Part shown: one piece after another, positions 26,801-41,200 of the stretch
Numbering within the stretch: the stretch's first letter is position 1
Layout of the letters: each line of letters begins with the position of its first letter
NCBI RefSeq assembly: GCF_018977255.1
Contig: NW_024704751.1
Location: forward strand, 10,974,001 to 11,038,000
Length of the DNA: 64,000 nt
Direction: 5' to 3'
From: Callorhinchus milii
Lineage: Eukaryota
Made by a program: the position numbers and the translations under genes
Notes under the pieces: generated by a model
Told to the model about the DNA's origin: nothing
Databases searched by the model: none
What the model saw: only the letters and a program-made list of their open reading frames with translations

Positions 26801-28908
26801 GGAAGAGCTACCAGCTAGTCCCACTCCCCTGCTTTTACGCCATAGCCTTTCAATTTTTTTCTTCTCAATTACCTATCTAATTCCCTTTTGAAAGTTATTA
26901 TTGAATCTGCTTCCACCGACCTTTCAGGCTGTGCATTCGAGACCGTAACAAGCTATTATATAAGAAAGGGGCGATATTATATAACAGTAGCAGAAAAAAA
27001 TCACAAATAGCTTTGCAACATTATGCTAGCAATAACTGGCATCACTGGGGGAACAATCCTAATAGAAATAGGATCAATTCTTAAATTGAGGCTTGAGAAA
27101 AAGCTCGTTTGCAGTTCCTCGGGGAGCAAGCTCGGTCCTTTAGGAAGCACTTTGCCTTTACAGAAGCAGGAGACGGACAGCAATTATACACCAAACACCA
27201 AACCTGTCCCCGTCAACCTTCAAGCTGTGGTCTCCATACAGGTTCTCAACACTGGTTAAACACAGAGAGAAAACAGAGACACACAGAGAGAGATAAACAC
27301 AATAGGGATTAGGATCAGAAAGAAGGAAGTGTTTATTATACTTTTCTAAACTTCTATGCCCCGAAACTCTGGAACACATCTGAGATGCCTGTCAATCTGA
27401 ACTGGGCCTTAAACATTAAAGATCCCATGACACTGTTTGAAAAGAGAAGGGAATTTCTCTCTCTCAGTGTCCTGGCCAACCCCCAAAAAAATTCATGGCT
27501 GTTTGTGAGACATTGCTGTATGCAAATTGGCTGTCATGTTAACCCACAAAACACACAGTCACTACAATTATTTCAATCTAGATCAGAGTTCGTTCACGAC
27601 TGCTTTAGATATTTGATATATTTTCTACGCGTTCAGGGACAGCATTTGCTTACGGTCACTGCACTTTATAGTAAATACTGTGAAGGGCTTTGAAACATTC
27701 TCTCAACAGCGCTGTATCATAAGTAAGGATTATTATTACAGCATTTCTAAAGCACAAACATTCTCGGGGGGTATCTGACCAGTATTTGCAATAAATACAA
27801 AGCCTGAAACTTCACCTCAGGAATTCACCTCAGTACAGATTTACTTGTCCACAAATACAATATCACTACACTTAATATATATTTTGTGAAGCGCTTTGAG
27901 GCGTCACAACATCATGATAAGACGCTATTTCAAGCGCTGTTGGATGCTTCCCAACTTGAGGGGCGCTATATAAATGCAAGTCGTTGTATATCAAATGCAA
28001 GGATCATTACTATATTACAACTATTTACTCATTCAGTGTCTCAGAACCTCCAGAATGTGACAAACTGTTGGAATTCAGTCTGAAGTTTAAAGTCAGTTTT
28101 GAGTTCCAAATGAAGGCTGCGATTAAGAATTCCCCCACATTCTGGACACTACAAAATGTTATAAAAATAGAGTAAATCTGGATTTAAGTAGAATTTTCTC
28201 CCCAGATGTAAAAACCACAAGCGTGGTGCACTCACTAACAGGAAGCTCGGGTGATGTATTTCCCTTTTGGCTGAAGTGATCTGCAGTTTGTTAGTTAAAA
28301 TAAGAAACATCTTCGAGCAGTGCATTGATAACACTCTGTGTCTAATCTGAATGTCCAGTGGGGTGTTACAGGAGCCTCTGATCGCTCACATTAGGTGGCT
28401 CATGCACCTCATTTAAAAACAGTGAATATAACCACATAATACAGTCCCTACCCTTTACAGGATAATCTGTGAAGCATTTTGAGACGTCTCAACCACATGC
28501 AAAGGCTCTGTATCAAATGCAAGGATAATTATTATTATGACTCACAAACTGAAAGGTGACCTGTGTTCCTCCTCGGGCAATAATAATTGTTTAGAAATGT
28601 GACATCTCAGAAATCGTGCAACAGACAGCATTAATATATAGATGGTTGTGGTCAGCGCTTGTCAGGCGCTATAGGGCGCTACCCTGAGTGAAGGTGAGAT
28701 AAATGCAAGTTGTTGTTGTCACTAACCTCTTCTCGATGGCATCAATGTTGCTGATCAATAGCCAAAGCTCCATGTTCTCAGCAGCCCTGGAGGACAGCAG
28801 GAGGTGGTGGCTGGTCACACACAGGGTTCCTGTCACACAGGGCACAAAGGGACGAGACAGGACCACATTGTCCACTCTGGAGGTCTTGATCAGCTCTGCA
28901 AACTCCAT
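20899..28908 (-). CDS. MTMR9L: Myotubularin-related protein 9-like pseudophosphatase (syntenic with human MTMR9LP), 10 coding exons, 538 aa
   Basis: Exons: 28908-28727, 25996-25888, 25262-25137, 24368-24195, 23805-23588, 23400-23239, 22835-22694, 22302-22082, 21611-21460, 21029-20899; 1617 nt, open throughout, all GT-AG. It starts MEFAELIKT and contains [11 protein letters not shown], the inactive P-loop [20 protein letters not shown] and [10 protein letters not shown]. Confidence 0.93.
23925..24095 (-). mobile_element. L2-clade LINE fragment in MTMR9-like intron 4
   Basis: Translated [21 protein letters not shown] matches the L2 ORF2 C-terminal segment seen at 19.2 kb and 59.8 kb. Confidence 0.75.
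24510..24702 (-). mobile_element. tRNA-derived SINE, 5' half
   Basis: Reverse complement of the SINE head (...gagtgctctaatcacttcgctacaggactccac). Confidence 0.8.
25427..25567. repeat. Long imperfect palindrome (MITE-like or hairpin) in MTMR9-like intron 2
   Basis: Arms 25443-25468 and 25520-25545 are reverse complements at 23/26 positions. There is further inner pairing (acttcct/aggaagt) and outer pairing (aagtgg/ccactt). Confidence 0.8.
26735..26952 (-). mobile_element. CR1-type LINE 3' fragment
   Basis: Starts with tagaa...acagcacagaaggaggccattcgg, the reverse complement of a CR1 3' terminus. Related copies lie at about 40760-40970, 46060-46390, 47610-47700 and 56245-56430. Confidence 0.75.
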
Positions 28909-30166
28909 CCCACCAGGGCACAACCAGGTCTCAAGCCAACAGGAGCAGCATCTGCTTCCGAACAATGTCCATTGCTTTGGAAAGGTCGAGAGAGGAATGT
29001 CCTTACAGTCAGAGCAGCTCATTTACATACAACGTAACAGAGCGCGTCTCACAAAATGCCCTAATTTGGCATCTTTGGTGTAAATCAGACTCCACACGTG
29101 TAGAAGTTGATCTCCAGACATTAATGTTTTTGAGGTTGAACCTGCTTAGGTTTGTTTTATTACATGTTAACTGTGCTCTCCCTCCCTCGCTCCCTCCCCC
29201 TGTGTTACTGTAAATCTTAAAGTTACAGGAACTTTTGCCCAGTGGGAGGTTGTGAACCTACAGGATCCTATTCTACTTAAGGTGGATTTTATGGTGAAAC
29301 CTCCCTCCTCCAGCCCTGACTGAACAAATACTTGTGCAGTGAATGTAAAAATCAAATCCAAAGCAACTTTTCTTAAATGATAAATTTCTGAGATCATTGC
29401 AGAAATGCAAAACAATTTGACATTTCTGAAAGCCGGCTGTTCTGTAGTTCCTTAAATACAACCGGCTTCCAAAATAACGCTGAACTTGTGGTTTATTAGG
29501 CTTAATTTGGATTTAACTTTCTCTTTATTCCTCCGCCTCGCCCCTTCCTTCCCCATCTTCATGGCGCACATGAAGACCTTCCTGTTTGACCAGTGCCTAC
29601 GGTCACCTCCCCCCTGCAAATGCAAGTTGTTGTTGTTGCTTATTCAACAATTCTGCCCAATTTTTATGTTTTAAGACAAAATAGTCTTGATTGGAGATGA
29701 CTTTTGGTGTTCCACTAAATACTGATCAGATATTGATGCACTGGGAGCTAAAAAGTATGTTACAATCCATAGTAATCGCTGCGTTTCTGAATTTTCCTGC
29801 TCTTGTCTGTTAGTTTAAAGACATAAAAATTAATTTAGCGAGTTTAGAGAATTTACACAGAATTCTTTTCTAGAAAGTTTTTTCTTTGGTGAGAGGCATC
29901 ATTGTCTTTATTGGCCCACTCATCCCCTCAAAGCCGAGTTAGAACCAAACACATTCCTCAAATGGGAACAAGAGCTGGTACCCAGACAAGTTCCCCCCCC
30001 CACCCACTGGCAGAGCAAGCCCAGCCTCAGTCTAGTGACCAGGGGCTCAAGTGTCTCCCCTTCCCCTGTGTGGGGGCAAATCTCAGTGTGTGTGGCGGGT
30101 GAGGGGGGTGTGGGTGGGGGGGCAGATCTCATTCTTGAACCAAAACAGATGTGGCTGGGAACACTG

Positions 30167-30250
30167 AGCAGGTCAGGCAGCATCTATGAAGAAAGGAAAG
30201 TGAGTCAATGTTTCGGGTCCGTACTCTCCATAGATGCTGCCTGACCTGCT
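30167..30250. repeat. Palindromic repeat with perfect 22-bp inverted arms
   Basis: agcaggtcaggcagcatctatg (30167-30188) and catagatgctgcctgacctgct (30229-30250), separated by a 40-bp spacer. Confidence 0.9.
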
Positions 30251-31567
30251 GAGTTCTGGTCTTGTTTTGAGATCCTGCAATACCGACCCCAACCAGCAGA
30301 GGGCGGAGCTGTAGCCAAGAGGAGCTCAATGCTCCCCATGTCCAGGTCTGGGTGAGGTTTGGGTCCTGGTGACAACATAAGACAATCTCAACAGGAGATG
30401 AAGGTTCCCAGCATCGCTTTAGCTCAAGGAGTAACTGATGGGAACAGAGACTACACTTGATCTTAGACAAAAGAGGACCTGAGCCTAGTTTTTTTTAAAA
30501 AATTAGAATATATATTTGTTCATAGATAGAATATATATTTACACTTATCTCAAAAAGAATCAAATCCCATCACAGAAACAAGAGTCTCAGCACATTATTA
30601 TCCCATTAGAGGATGAGTCAGTCACAGCCCCTTGGGTGGGGTGGGGGCTGCTTTTGGTGCAGGGACCAAGGCTTCCCCGCCTCGGAGTTCTGCCCCCCTT
30701 TCGCAGGGCACAGTTAAATGTGGGGTCTTGTTCCCCTCTTCCTGTCCTCCCCCCGGCCCCCCCTTTATGAAACACAGCAGCCAATTGCGTACAGCAGTGT
30801 CCCACAGGCAGTCGTGGATTAAGTGACTTATTATATTGTTAATTCATTTTTAACGAAATTTATTTTTAAGAAAATTTAGAAAAACATACTTCCCAAAGTA
30901 AATATGGATGGAAGGAATTCTAATAGGAATACTGTGGGGGGTGGGGGGAGAAAACAGAAATAACTGGCTTTGTGACACAACAGTATTTTAGAATATACAA
31001 TATATTCTGTGAAGCGCTTTGAGACGTATCAATGACATGATAAGGCGCTGTATCAAATGTAAGGATTATTATTATTAAACAAGAACTCAAAAGTTCAAAT
31101 GGTTTTAACCAGAAATCGTAACATCTGAAAAGTGCAGAAAGTGAGAACTGAAAGAAAATGTAAGGAGGAAAGAAGGAAAATAGACTTGATGCTTCTTTTT
31201 AAAAAAATGCATTTTAAATCCAAAACAAAAAAAAGAAAAATAAAAAACAAAATTGAAACAATTGCTTTGTAAATCGAGTGGAGATTATATTAAAACAAGG
31301 TCTAACACCGTTTGGAAAATAAACGTTGAAATAATAATATTTTTCGTTTTGATATGAAATAAAACGTATCTAAAAAAAAGTGAATGTTTGATACTTCGAT
31401 CAAAATGGGAAATGTGGGCTGTTAAAGGGAATGTTTCGGGATGGAGTTGAGCCGATATTTGGCTCCATCTGAGCGATTTCCCCTTTAAGGTGGACAGAGC
31501 TCCTGTTAGTGTTAAATATTAACGGGATATAAAATGCTGTTTGTTGGGTTCAGCATCAGTGCGTGAG

Positions 31568-32130
31568 NNNNNNNNNNNNNNNNNNNNNNNNNNNNNNNNN
31601 NNNNNNNNNNNNNNNNNNNNNNNNNNNNNNNNNNNNNNNNNNNNNNNNNNNNNNNNNNNNNNNNNNNNNNNNNNNNNNNNNNNNNNNNNNNNNNNNNNNN
31701 NNNNNNNNNNNNNNNNNNNNNNNNNNNNNNNNNNNNNNNNNNNNNNNNNNNNNNNNNNNNNNNNNNNNNNNNNNNNNNNNNNNNNNNNNNNNNNNNNNNN
31801 NNNNNNNNNNNNNNNNNNNNNNNNNNNNNNNNNNNNNNNNNNNNNNNNNNNNNNNNNNNNNNNNNNNNNNNNNNNNNNNNNNNNNNNNNNNNNNNNNNNN
31901 NNNNNNNNNNNNNNNNNNNNNNNNNNNNNNNNNNNNNNNNNNNNNNNNNNNNNNNNNNNNNNNNNNNNNNNNNNNNNNNNNNNNNNNNNNNNNNNNNNNN
32001 NNNNNNNNNNNNNNNNNNNNNNNNNNNNNNNNNNNNNNNNNNNNNNNNNNNNNNNNNNNNNNNNNNNNNNNNNNNNNNNNNNNNNNNNNNNNNNNNNNNN
32101 NNNNNNNNNNNNNNNNNNNNNNNNNNNNNN
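31568..32130. other. Assembly gap (563 N)
   Basis: Run of N between the MTMR9-like and FAM167B 5' ends, followed by a (GACA/GA)n microsatellite. Confidence 1.
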
Positions 32131-32230
32131 ACAGAGTAAGAGACACACAGAGAGACACAGAAACACAGAGAAGATCAGACACAGACAGACAACACAGACA
32201 GACAGACAGACAGAAAGCTGCCGCCCAGGG

Positions 32231-33103
<873 letters not shown>

Positions 33104-34756
33104 TCTGACCCCGAGACCTGTCCCTACCAAATGAACCAGCGTACCAACAAAGTCATTTGGGATCAGCAGATCACTACCAGATACTGTGATGGGGTTACAT
33201 TTCACAGTGAATTGCGCTGTTGATTCCATTTCCCTCCAGGTTTTGATCCCAATTCACATTAAGTCCTGTAGCATAGTGGTGAGAGCACTCGCCTCACAAG
33301 CAAGAGGATACAGGTTCGATTCCCGGAAAGGGCGAAACCTCCACATGCCTCTGTTTATCCAGCAGGAACCCAGTTGTTTGTAAATTGGCTGCCAGTTTCA
33401 CACTTCATTCATCATTACACTTTACGGTCTATATTGTGAAGTGCTTTGAGACGTCTCAATCATATGATAAAGTGGTATATCAAATGCAAGGATTTTTATT
33501 ATTATTAAAAAGATCCTTGTCTCAAAGTTTTAACATTCAGAAACCAAGTGCTCACTGTACGACAGCAGCAAGCCTGAACCTAACTAGGAGAGAGAAGAGC
33601 AAGTCGAGATGGTTAGGTCACTCCATGGTTCATTTTGGAAGATGACTAGAAAGAAGGCGAGACAAGGAGTCTTGACAGGGAGAGAAGGAGATCGAGAAGA
33701 TAAGGTGCAATGGTTCTAAACTAAATCCTGAGATCTGTAGAAGCTGTTGTATCGTGTGTTCAACCAGTCCAGCTATTTGGGAAACTACTTCCTGACACAT
33801 GAAGGAAACTGCAGACCTGGCTTAAGGTTTCATCAACTGGTGTAACATTTTCCATATTAAACGCATCTTGATCATTACCAGAAGGTAGGAAGGGAGCCAC
33901 GTTCTATCCCACATTGGTCAAAGAATTGATATGATATCATAATATCGCTCCAAGGCAAAAGAGCACACAACAGTGTCCACCCTCAGGGATAATCTCAACA
34001 TGTTGACGGGCCATGTGGAAGGGGGTAGGTAAGCTTTAAAAGATTTCTTACACCCGACCAACCAAGGCTTTTGAAGCCTAAAATCATACTGTTGAATCAT
34101 AAAAAAATGTAATCTGAAACCGCTCCAAGCATCGCAAACATTTCAATTGAACCTTGGCTATTGTCGCAGTGGATTTCATGATCATTTCTGTCTTGCAATA
34201 TCGGTAATAATATAGCTTCCACAATAGGCTTCTCTCGTACTGTGAAATCCATTGAACAGTACACATTATCACCTCTTTGTATTTTATAATAAATATTTTT
34301 CTCAAGAAATATAAGAATGATGTGTTTGTTTTTAAATGGAAGTGATTGTCTGCTAGGGCAAGTATTGCTGTTATATCTATCACAAGGGCAGTGCTGTCTT
34401 GTTATAGCTGAATGGTTGGGTGTGATTGGTGCTCCCGTACATTGATATCTTGTCATTGATGATAATAGAAAATAAAAGAGTTGTTTATCAACAATCTATG
34501 GCATAATCTAAGACACAGAATATAAACAATCTTTGGCAGTGACAATGGTGACAATTGTTGTTTGCTCGGGGAGACTGTGTTACCCCTTGTATACCCCACA
34601 GAAATAACATCCAGACCAGGTGAGACGTTAAAGCCGGGTCCTGTCTGCTTGTTCAGGTAGATGCTATAGATTCCATGGCGCTACTCAGTCATGGTTGGGA
34701 GTTTCTCCCTGTGCGGGTCCCAGTCCCTCGTGTGTATCCAGTTTCCTCTTAAAAGT

Positions 34757-35085
34757 AATAATAATAATAATAATAATCCTTGCATTTGATATAGCGCTTT
34801 TCACGTCAGGAGGACGTCCCAAAGCGCTTCACAGAACACACTGTAAAGTGAATTGACTGTATATTTGTGGGCGAACGCGGCAGCCAATTGCGCACAGCAA
34901 TGTCCCACAAACAGTCGTAGATTGAAAATGACCAATTTATTATTGTTTTTGGTTTTGGAGGGATTATTATTAGGCTCTGTGTGGAGTAAGGAAACTTGCC
35001 CAAGGTTTCGCCCTCTGCCTGGAATTGAACTCAGGTCTCTCACTTGCAAAGCGAGTGCTCTAACCACTGAGCTACAGGACTCCAC
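34757..35085 (-). mobile_element. Full-length tRNA-derived SINE with apparent 6-bp target-site duplication
   Basis: Reverse complement of the 20079-20400 element with a long (TAA)n tail. AAAGTA flanks it at 34752-34757 and 35086-35091. Confidence 0.93.
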
Positions 35086-37873
35086 AAAGTACCGATAGTG
35101 TTTCAACCACCGTTTCAGGCGCAAGTTAAAGCTGCTCATTCATTTCACACGGCTGTTTATGGGATATTGCTGTTTGTAAATTGGCTGCCGTGCCAGCGCT
35201 GAAAACACACAGTCACTACAGTTTACAACAAATGCCGTGAAGCTTTGAGATGTCTTGACGATGTGATACGTCGCTACACCACATGCAATGATTATTATAA
35301 TAACGTATGTTCAATAAACACTGACATGATGAAGACAATCAGGGTCTGTAATGACATTAAAGTTTAAAGTCAATAAAATTGTTTACGAGGTAATTCGAGA
35401 CTCTGGGCTTCATGGTGAGATGGTAGTTTCTTTATGTTACTAATCCTGAGCGTTGCAGTTTCCACAATAAGATGTGGCTCCATGAGTCATTCTGCCCAAA
35501 CACAAAAGAATTGTGTGGTGTCTTCCTGGGCTCTGATTCATCACAGTAGCTGCTTTGTCTTGAAGTTGAACACTTTCAACTACAGTGTGTGACACTCATG
35601 GGAGTGTTGGTCTACAGAGGTGGGTATCCTGCATTAGGTGTGTCTACTGTTATACTTCATCTCCATTTAGAAAATAAAGAATAGAATAGACTGAAAGGAT
35701 AATAATATCAGTGTTATGCAACGCCGTCAAACCCAGAACTAAAGTTTACTTTGATATCCTCTCCAGCTGGGCTGTGTGCAAGGTTACTGTTAAACCTCTG
35801 AGGTTTTTAATGAAGATCATCATTAAAATGATAGCAATTAATTGAGGGAGAAGGGGATAGAGGGGTGCTGGAGAGGAGATTAGGAGGAGTGGAGGTTGGT
35901 GTGGGGTACTAGCAAGGACTAGTTGGGCTGATGGCCTGTTTCTGTGCTGTAAAACTGTATGTAATTTGTATGTAGAGACAGACAGACGAGGGGACTGCAG
36001 TCCGACAATGGAAGGAGATGATATGCTTTGAGTGTGGACCCTCCTTGATGTCTTACTAAAGTAAGTGCTCCGGGATGCTACCCCACATAAAGGTGCGATA
36101 TAAATACAAGATGTTGTCGTGTGGAGGGGGTTTTCAGACCAGAACAGCATCAAGACTAACATTGACTTCTCATAATAATTTGGTCACTCAATCCACGACT
36201 GTTTGTGGGGACATCGCTTTGCACAATTGGCTGCTGCGTTTCGCCCACAAAATATACAGTCAATTCACTTTAAAGTATATCCTGTGAAACAATTTGAGAT
36301 GTCTCGGAGACGTGACAAGGCGGTATATCAAATGCAAGGATTATTTTTATTATTATTATTATAAGACTAAACTTCCCACTTGACTTAACTCCACAATCTT
36401 CCCCCGATTGTCTATTCTCCTTCAATGTTGCAGCTCAACCAAGTCAGTGCTTCACGTAATAAGGAATGCCTTATTGGCCAAGCTGAAGCCCTTAAATATC
36501 TCAAGCAAAAGAGTAAAGGGATTGAATTAAACAGCTTAACTAACATGCTCTATAGTGTCATCTGAACGCACAGAAGCACTTCCTCTTTATTCTTGTGGTT
36601 GAGCTAAAGGAAATTGTGATTGCGATTGTACTGTGACCTGTTGCAGTCAGGGGATCTTTGCTGTGTTCTCATGTGCATACTTGTACTCAGAAGTGACTGG
36701 TTTGCTCCAACATACTGACTGCTGTTGTGGTTGAGATCATTAAAAAGAGTCTGTGTAAGGAACGCTCATTCTCTTCGTCAGATAATACAGGGTCTTTCAC
36801 CCATGAACAGATTTTATTTTTGGTGAAGCTCATTTCCCTACAGCTTAATTGGACAATAAATCATTCTTGATCTCCTCGGTTGTTTCAGGTGTTAAACTGC
36901 AGAGATCATATCAAGTCAAACACCTGGGTTACTGTATAGCAAATGAGATGGGAGTTAATCATTTTGTGGTCTTGAACATGAATATTATCCCCATCTCACA
37001 AATTCCTTGTAGAAGAGTGAAATGACAAAAATACACCTTTACAGTCGCAGCCACAAAGGTCCTACAGAGGCTCAAATGGCCACAGTGAATATTCTGCACA
37101 ATGTCTAACTGCAAACATTGCTCGCTAAGGTCTTGTTAGCTTCCTACAAAGATATTGACTATATTTTTTCAACAAGGAATTATTCCTTGGCAAAGGAAAC
37201 AGGACCTAAGTGACACCAACTCACAGTTCCCTCTAATCTACTTTAAGAGCTAGAATTGGGTAATGTACTTTGGCTTTACTGAAGGAGCTCTCTGTGAATT
37301 ACCCGCTGCCCTCTGATTGTCCAGAGTAGTCATTCAACTTCACAATAGTCCTCCGTGTGACTTTGCCATCTCCCAAAAGGCCACCATGTTTGCTTTTCCC
37401 ACAAAAACAATCCCAAACTTGGCAGTAATTATTGCTTTCAGGAGTCGCCGATTAATAGGGGATTAGAAAAAATGTAAACTCTTAAATTCTTCCTTATGTT
37501 TGTTACATCAATTACTCTGGATCTACACCTAATACTCTCCAGAATTAGACCAGGGGGGTACGTGTATAGGTGGTGTATACATGTGGAACTCTCTGCCCAG
37601 TCTGGATACTCTTAAGCATGATAATGGTCTTCTGTGTGTGTCAGACACTCAGTATAACCCCAAAAACCTCTCCAGACCTCAGAAGGTTAATGTGGCTGCA
37701 TGGACTGGGTGTGTCTCCAATAAACATTCTTTAGATAATAGCCATTTACACAGAACAGCATTGTGTACCTTTCAGTCAACTGGACCTCAGTCTATGACAA
37801 AGGTATCCCAGAACGAATTCTTTGTCATAGCAGGAAAAGTACATAACAGTAATTCTGTTGAAAATATCAGGTC

Positions 37874-38205
37874 ATAATAATAAATAATAACCCTTGCACT
37901 TGATATAGCGCTTTTCACGTCTTCTAGATTTCATGTCTTCTCGACGTCTCAAAGCGCTTCACAGAATACACTGTAAAGTGAATTGACTGTATATTTGTGG
38001 GCGAAACGCGGCAGCCAATTGCGCACAGCAATGTCCCACAAACAGCCGTGGATTGAAGTGACCAATTTTATTTTTTTCGTCTTGAAGGATTATTATCAGG
38101 TGCGTGGAAGTAAGGAAACTTGCCCAAGGTTTCGCCTTGCCGGGAATCGAATCCAGGTCTCTCGCTTGCAAGGCGAGTGTTCTAACCACTGAGCTACAGG
38201 TCTCC
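37874..38205 (-). mobile_element. Full-length tRNA-derived SINE
   Basis: Same head, core and tail as 20079-20400, somewhat more diverged. Confidence 0.9.
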
Positions 38206-41200
38206 TAAATGTTCATGGAATGTTATAGCACTTTGTTTGTTAAGCAAAGGAGTGTGGGATGGTGCAGTAAGGTAAGGTAAGACCTGTAGCCTAGGAGGGG
38301 GTGGGGGAGTCTCATGTGGAGTATAAACAACAGCACGGACTAGCTGGGCCCATTGGCCTGTACAGTCGATGTAAACCTAGTTAACATTTGTTATTGAATG
38401 GCATCTTTCTCTACCTGTTCTCCCACCCCCCCACTTTACTATTGTGTTCTCATTGTAAGATTGATAGAGTTTGGAGAGTTAAGCTGACTTGCGAAGCCAA
38501 ATGTATTTCTATCAATCAATGTGTGTTCCTTTACAATATTGCCAATGTCACATTGGCTGTTTTATTTGGGTGATTGTTAGCCAGGACACTTTACAAATTG
38601 TGCCATAGGATTTGGATCTTGGGGGTAATAATCCCTTCAAAAAAAAATAATAATTTGGTCACCGAATCAACCACCATTTGTGGGACACTGCTGTGCGCAA
38701 TTGGCTGCCCACAAAATATACAGTCAATTCACTTTACAGTATATTCTGTGAAGCTCTTTGAGGTGCTCGATAAGGTGCTATATCAAATGCAAGAATTATT
38801 ATTATTACTTTAACGTTCACACGAGCAGGCAAATAAACTTGTGTTTACGTCTCATCCAAAGGACAATGACCTCTGGCAATGCAGCATTTCACCCCAGTAA
38901 TGCACTGAAGCATCAGCCTGGACTGCGTTCAAAGTCCTAATGTGGGTCTAGGAACCAAGAGGTGCAAGGAAAGAGCTGTAGCGAGATGAAGGAGCCGGAG
39001 GGGGGAAGAATCAATGAAGGAGCTTAGCCAGAGATACACAAACATGGCTGCTATTTACAAAGTGACTTTGCTTCACTATAAAACGAGCAGAGTGCCAGTT
39101 CACCCAACTTTATTCAAAGAGATGGAAACAGCAGCAATAACACCCATTAACATGTGTGTTAAGTACAAGGTACCCTTCTACATTACATCCTGCATCAGCC
39201 TAACCTCAAGTTTGCAAAAGCACATATTCAACTGCACAGTTTTTGACTTTGAATCTGAACAATTGTGGTCAAGTACACACTCTAGGCAATGAGAAGAGAG
39301 ATACCATCTTGACAGGCTGCTGAAGTAGGCCAGACAAGAGGAGGAACGGCATGAGCGAGTTTCATTATTAGGAGAGAGAGATAGTTGGGGTGCACAGGGG
39401 CACTCACCGCTTTTCAAGCATTTGAGTAAATATTTACTCCCGAGCCATTGGAAACCTGCAAAAACACCAACTGCCTCATTGTACAGTCAGTGATGTGCTC
39501 AGAATAATAATGTTCTTTTTAAGTAATTACCTTCACAGAGTTAAAGCAACGAGAGAGACTGATTGGCAGGCACGTTGCCTAATATCTTTTTCCAGTGATA
39601 TACTGATAGTCTGACCACTTGTGTCAAAAGGAAAGTTGCTTTGAATAAATAGGTGCACCTCTGACAGGAATATGAAACACATTTCAGTCATCTCTACAGT
39701 GCTGTGAAAGTGAACCCTTTGAAGGGCAAATTGCTTTATTTTCCAGGCGCCACTTCAGAAACTTCTTATTCCAAATAATCTCTTGCCATGTGCAGGATAA
39801 AAGATGAGCAGAAAATCTACTCTAATTTATGAGATTTGACAGAATTTACTGTGAGATACTGGAGGGGCTTCTCGTCTGGCTGAATTTTCAGACAATAAGC
39901 CTCAGGAGGACATTTCACAGCTCTTCAAAAAATGATCTAACAGAAAGTTTAGTGACTGTGTGTTTGTAGGTAAACCCACAGCTACTCTGGGTAAAGAATA
40001 ATAATCCTTGCATTCTATATGGCATCTATATGTGGAGAACATCTCAAAGACCTTGGCAAAGTTTCTGTCGTGGAGGGACAGTATATCTTTCAGGTAAACA
40101 CAGCAGCCAGTTTAGGTACAGAAATCTCCCACAGGTAACCTTTTGAAGTGAATGATTAATTTTAGTTGGAGGATGTTTGGCCACAAGAGAGAAACTCCCT
40201 TCTCTTTTTGAAATGGTGCCATCCACCTGAACAGGCACCGACAGGACCTGGGTTTTATACCTCAACCAATGTAAAAGCAGCACACAGTGATCAAAAGAGA
40301 ATATAACTCTTGTAATTCCTGTGGGATATTTCGTCAATGCTGGGCTCAATGGCTGAGCACTAGCTCGGTGCAGTAACTGAGGACAATGACTTGTTGCTGA
40401 GGCTTCCCTCCTGCTGGTGAAGGTGAGAAATTATTGCAGTTGTTCTCGTGATGTTGGATTTCATCAATAATGGAATCCACTGGAGCTCGAACCCCCAAAC
40501 ATCCGGTCAAATTGTAAAATAAAGAAAGGGAAATCTACTTTGCAACACTGCAACACTGTTCTTAAACAAAAATAACCAGCTTTGTTGCCCAACGATCGTG
40601 CAGATAAATTGGTCAGTCATTCTCTTCAGGACTATTTGTGTACCTCGCTGTGCTTACCCACAAACACACACTCATTACACTCGACACAATATAAATGCAA
40701 GTTGTTGTTGTCGATGATGATGCCGATGACAGGAATTGCCTGTGAAGTGCCTCGAGATTCATAGATTCATAGAATGTTATGGCACAGAAGGAGGTCATTC
40801 GGCCCATCGAGTCTGTGCGGCTCTTTGACAGAGCAAGTCACTTTCATTAACCTCAATCACCAGCTTTCTCCCCATAATCCTGCCACCTTCCACCGATACC
40901 TGTCCAGTTCTCTCTTAAAAGCTGTTATCGAATCGGACTTCACTGCCCTTTCAGGCAGATCATTCCAAATTCAAGATGCTTCAAGGTATGAAATGCAGGA
41001 CTACAGAAACGTGAGGTCAGTAATTCCATCCAGTAATTCCATCATGTAAGATTATTGCATCTCCTTAGATTTGAGTCAATAGCTACACTGCGGAGCTTGT
41101 AACAACAACAACTTGCATTTATATAGTGCCCCTTGTGCAGGGTAGCTCACAGCACCAGTGTGAACACAATGGCCTCAATAACCTCCTTGTGTGCTATAAA

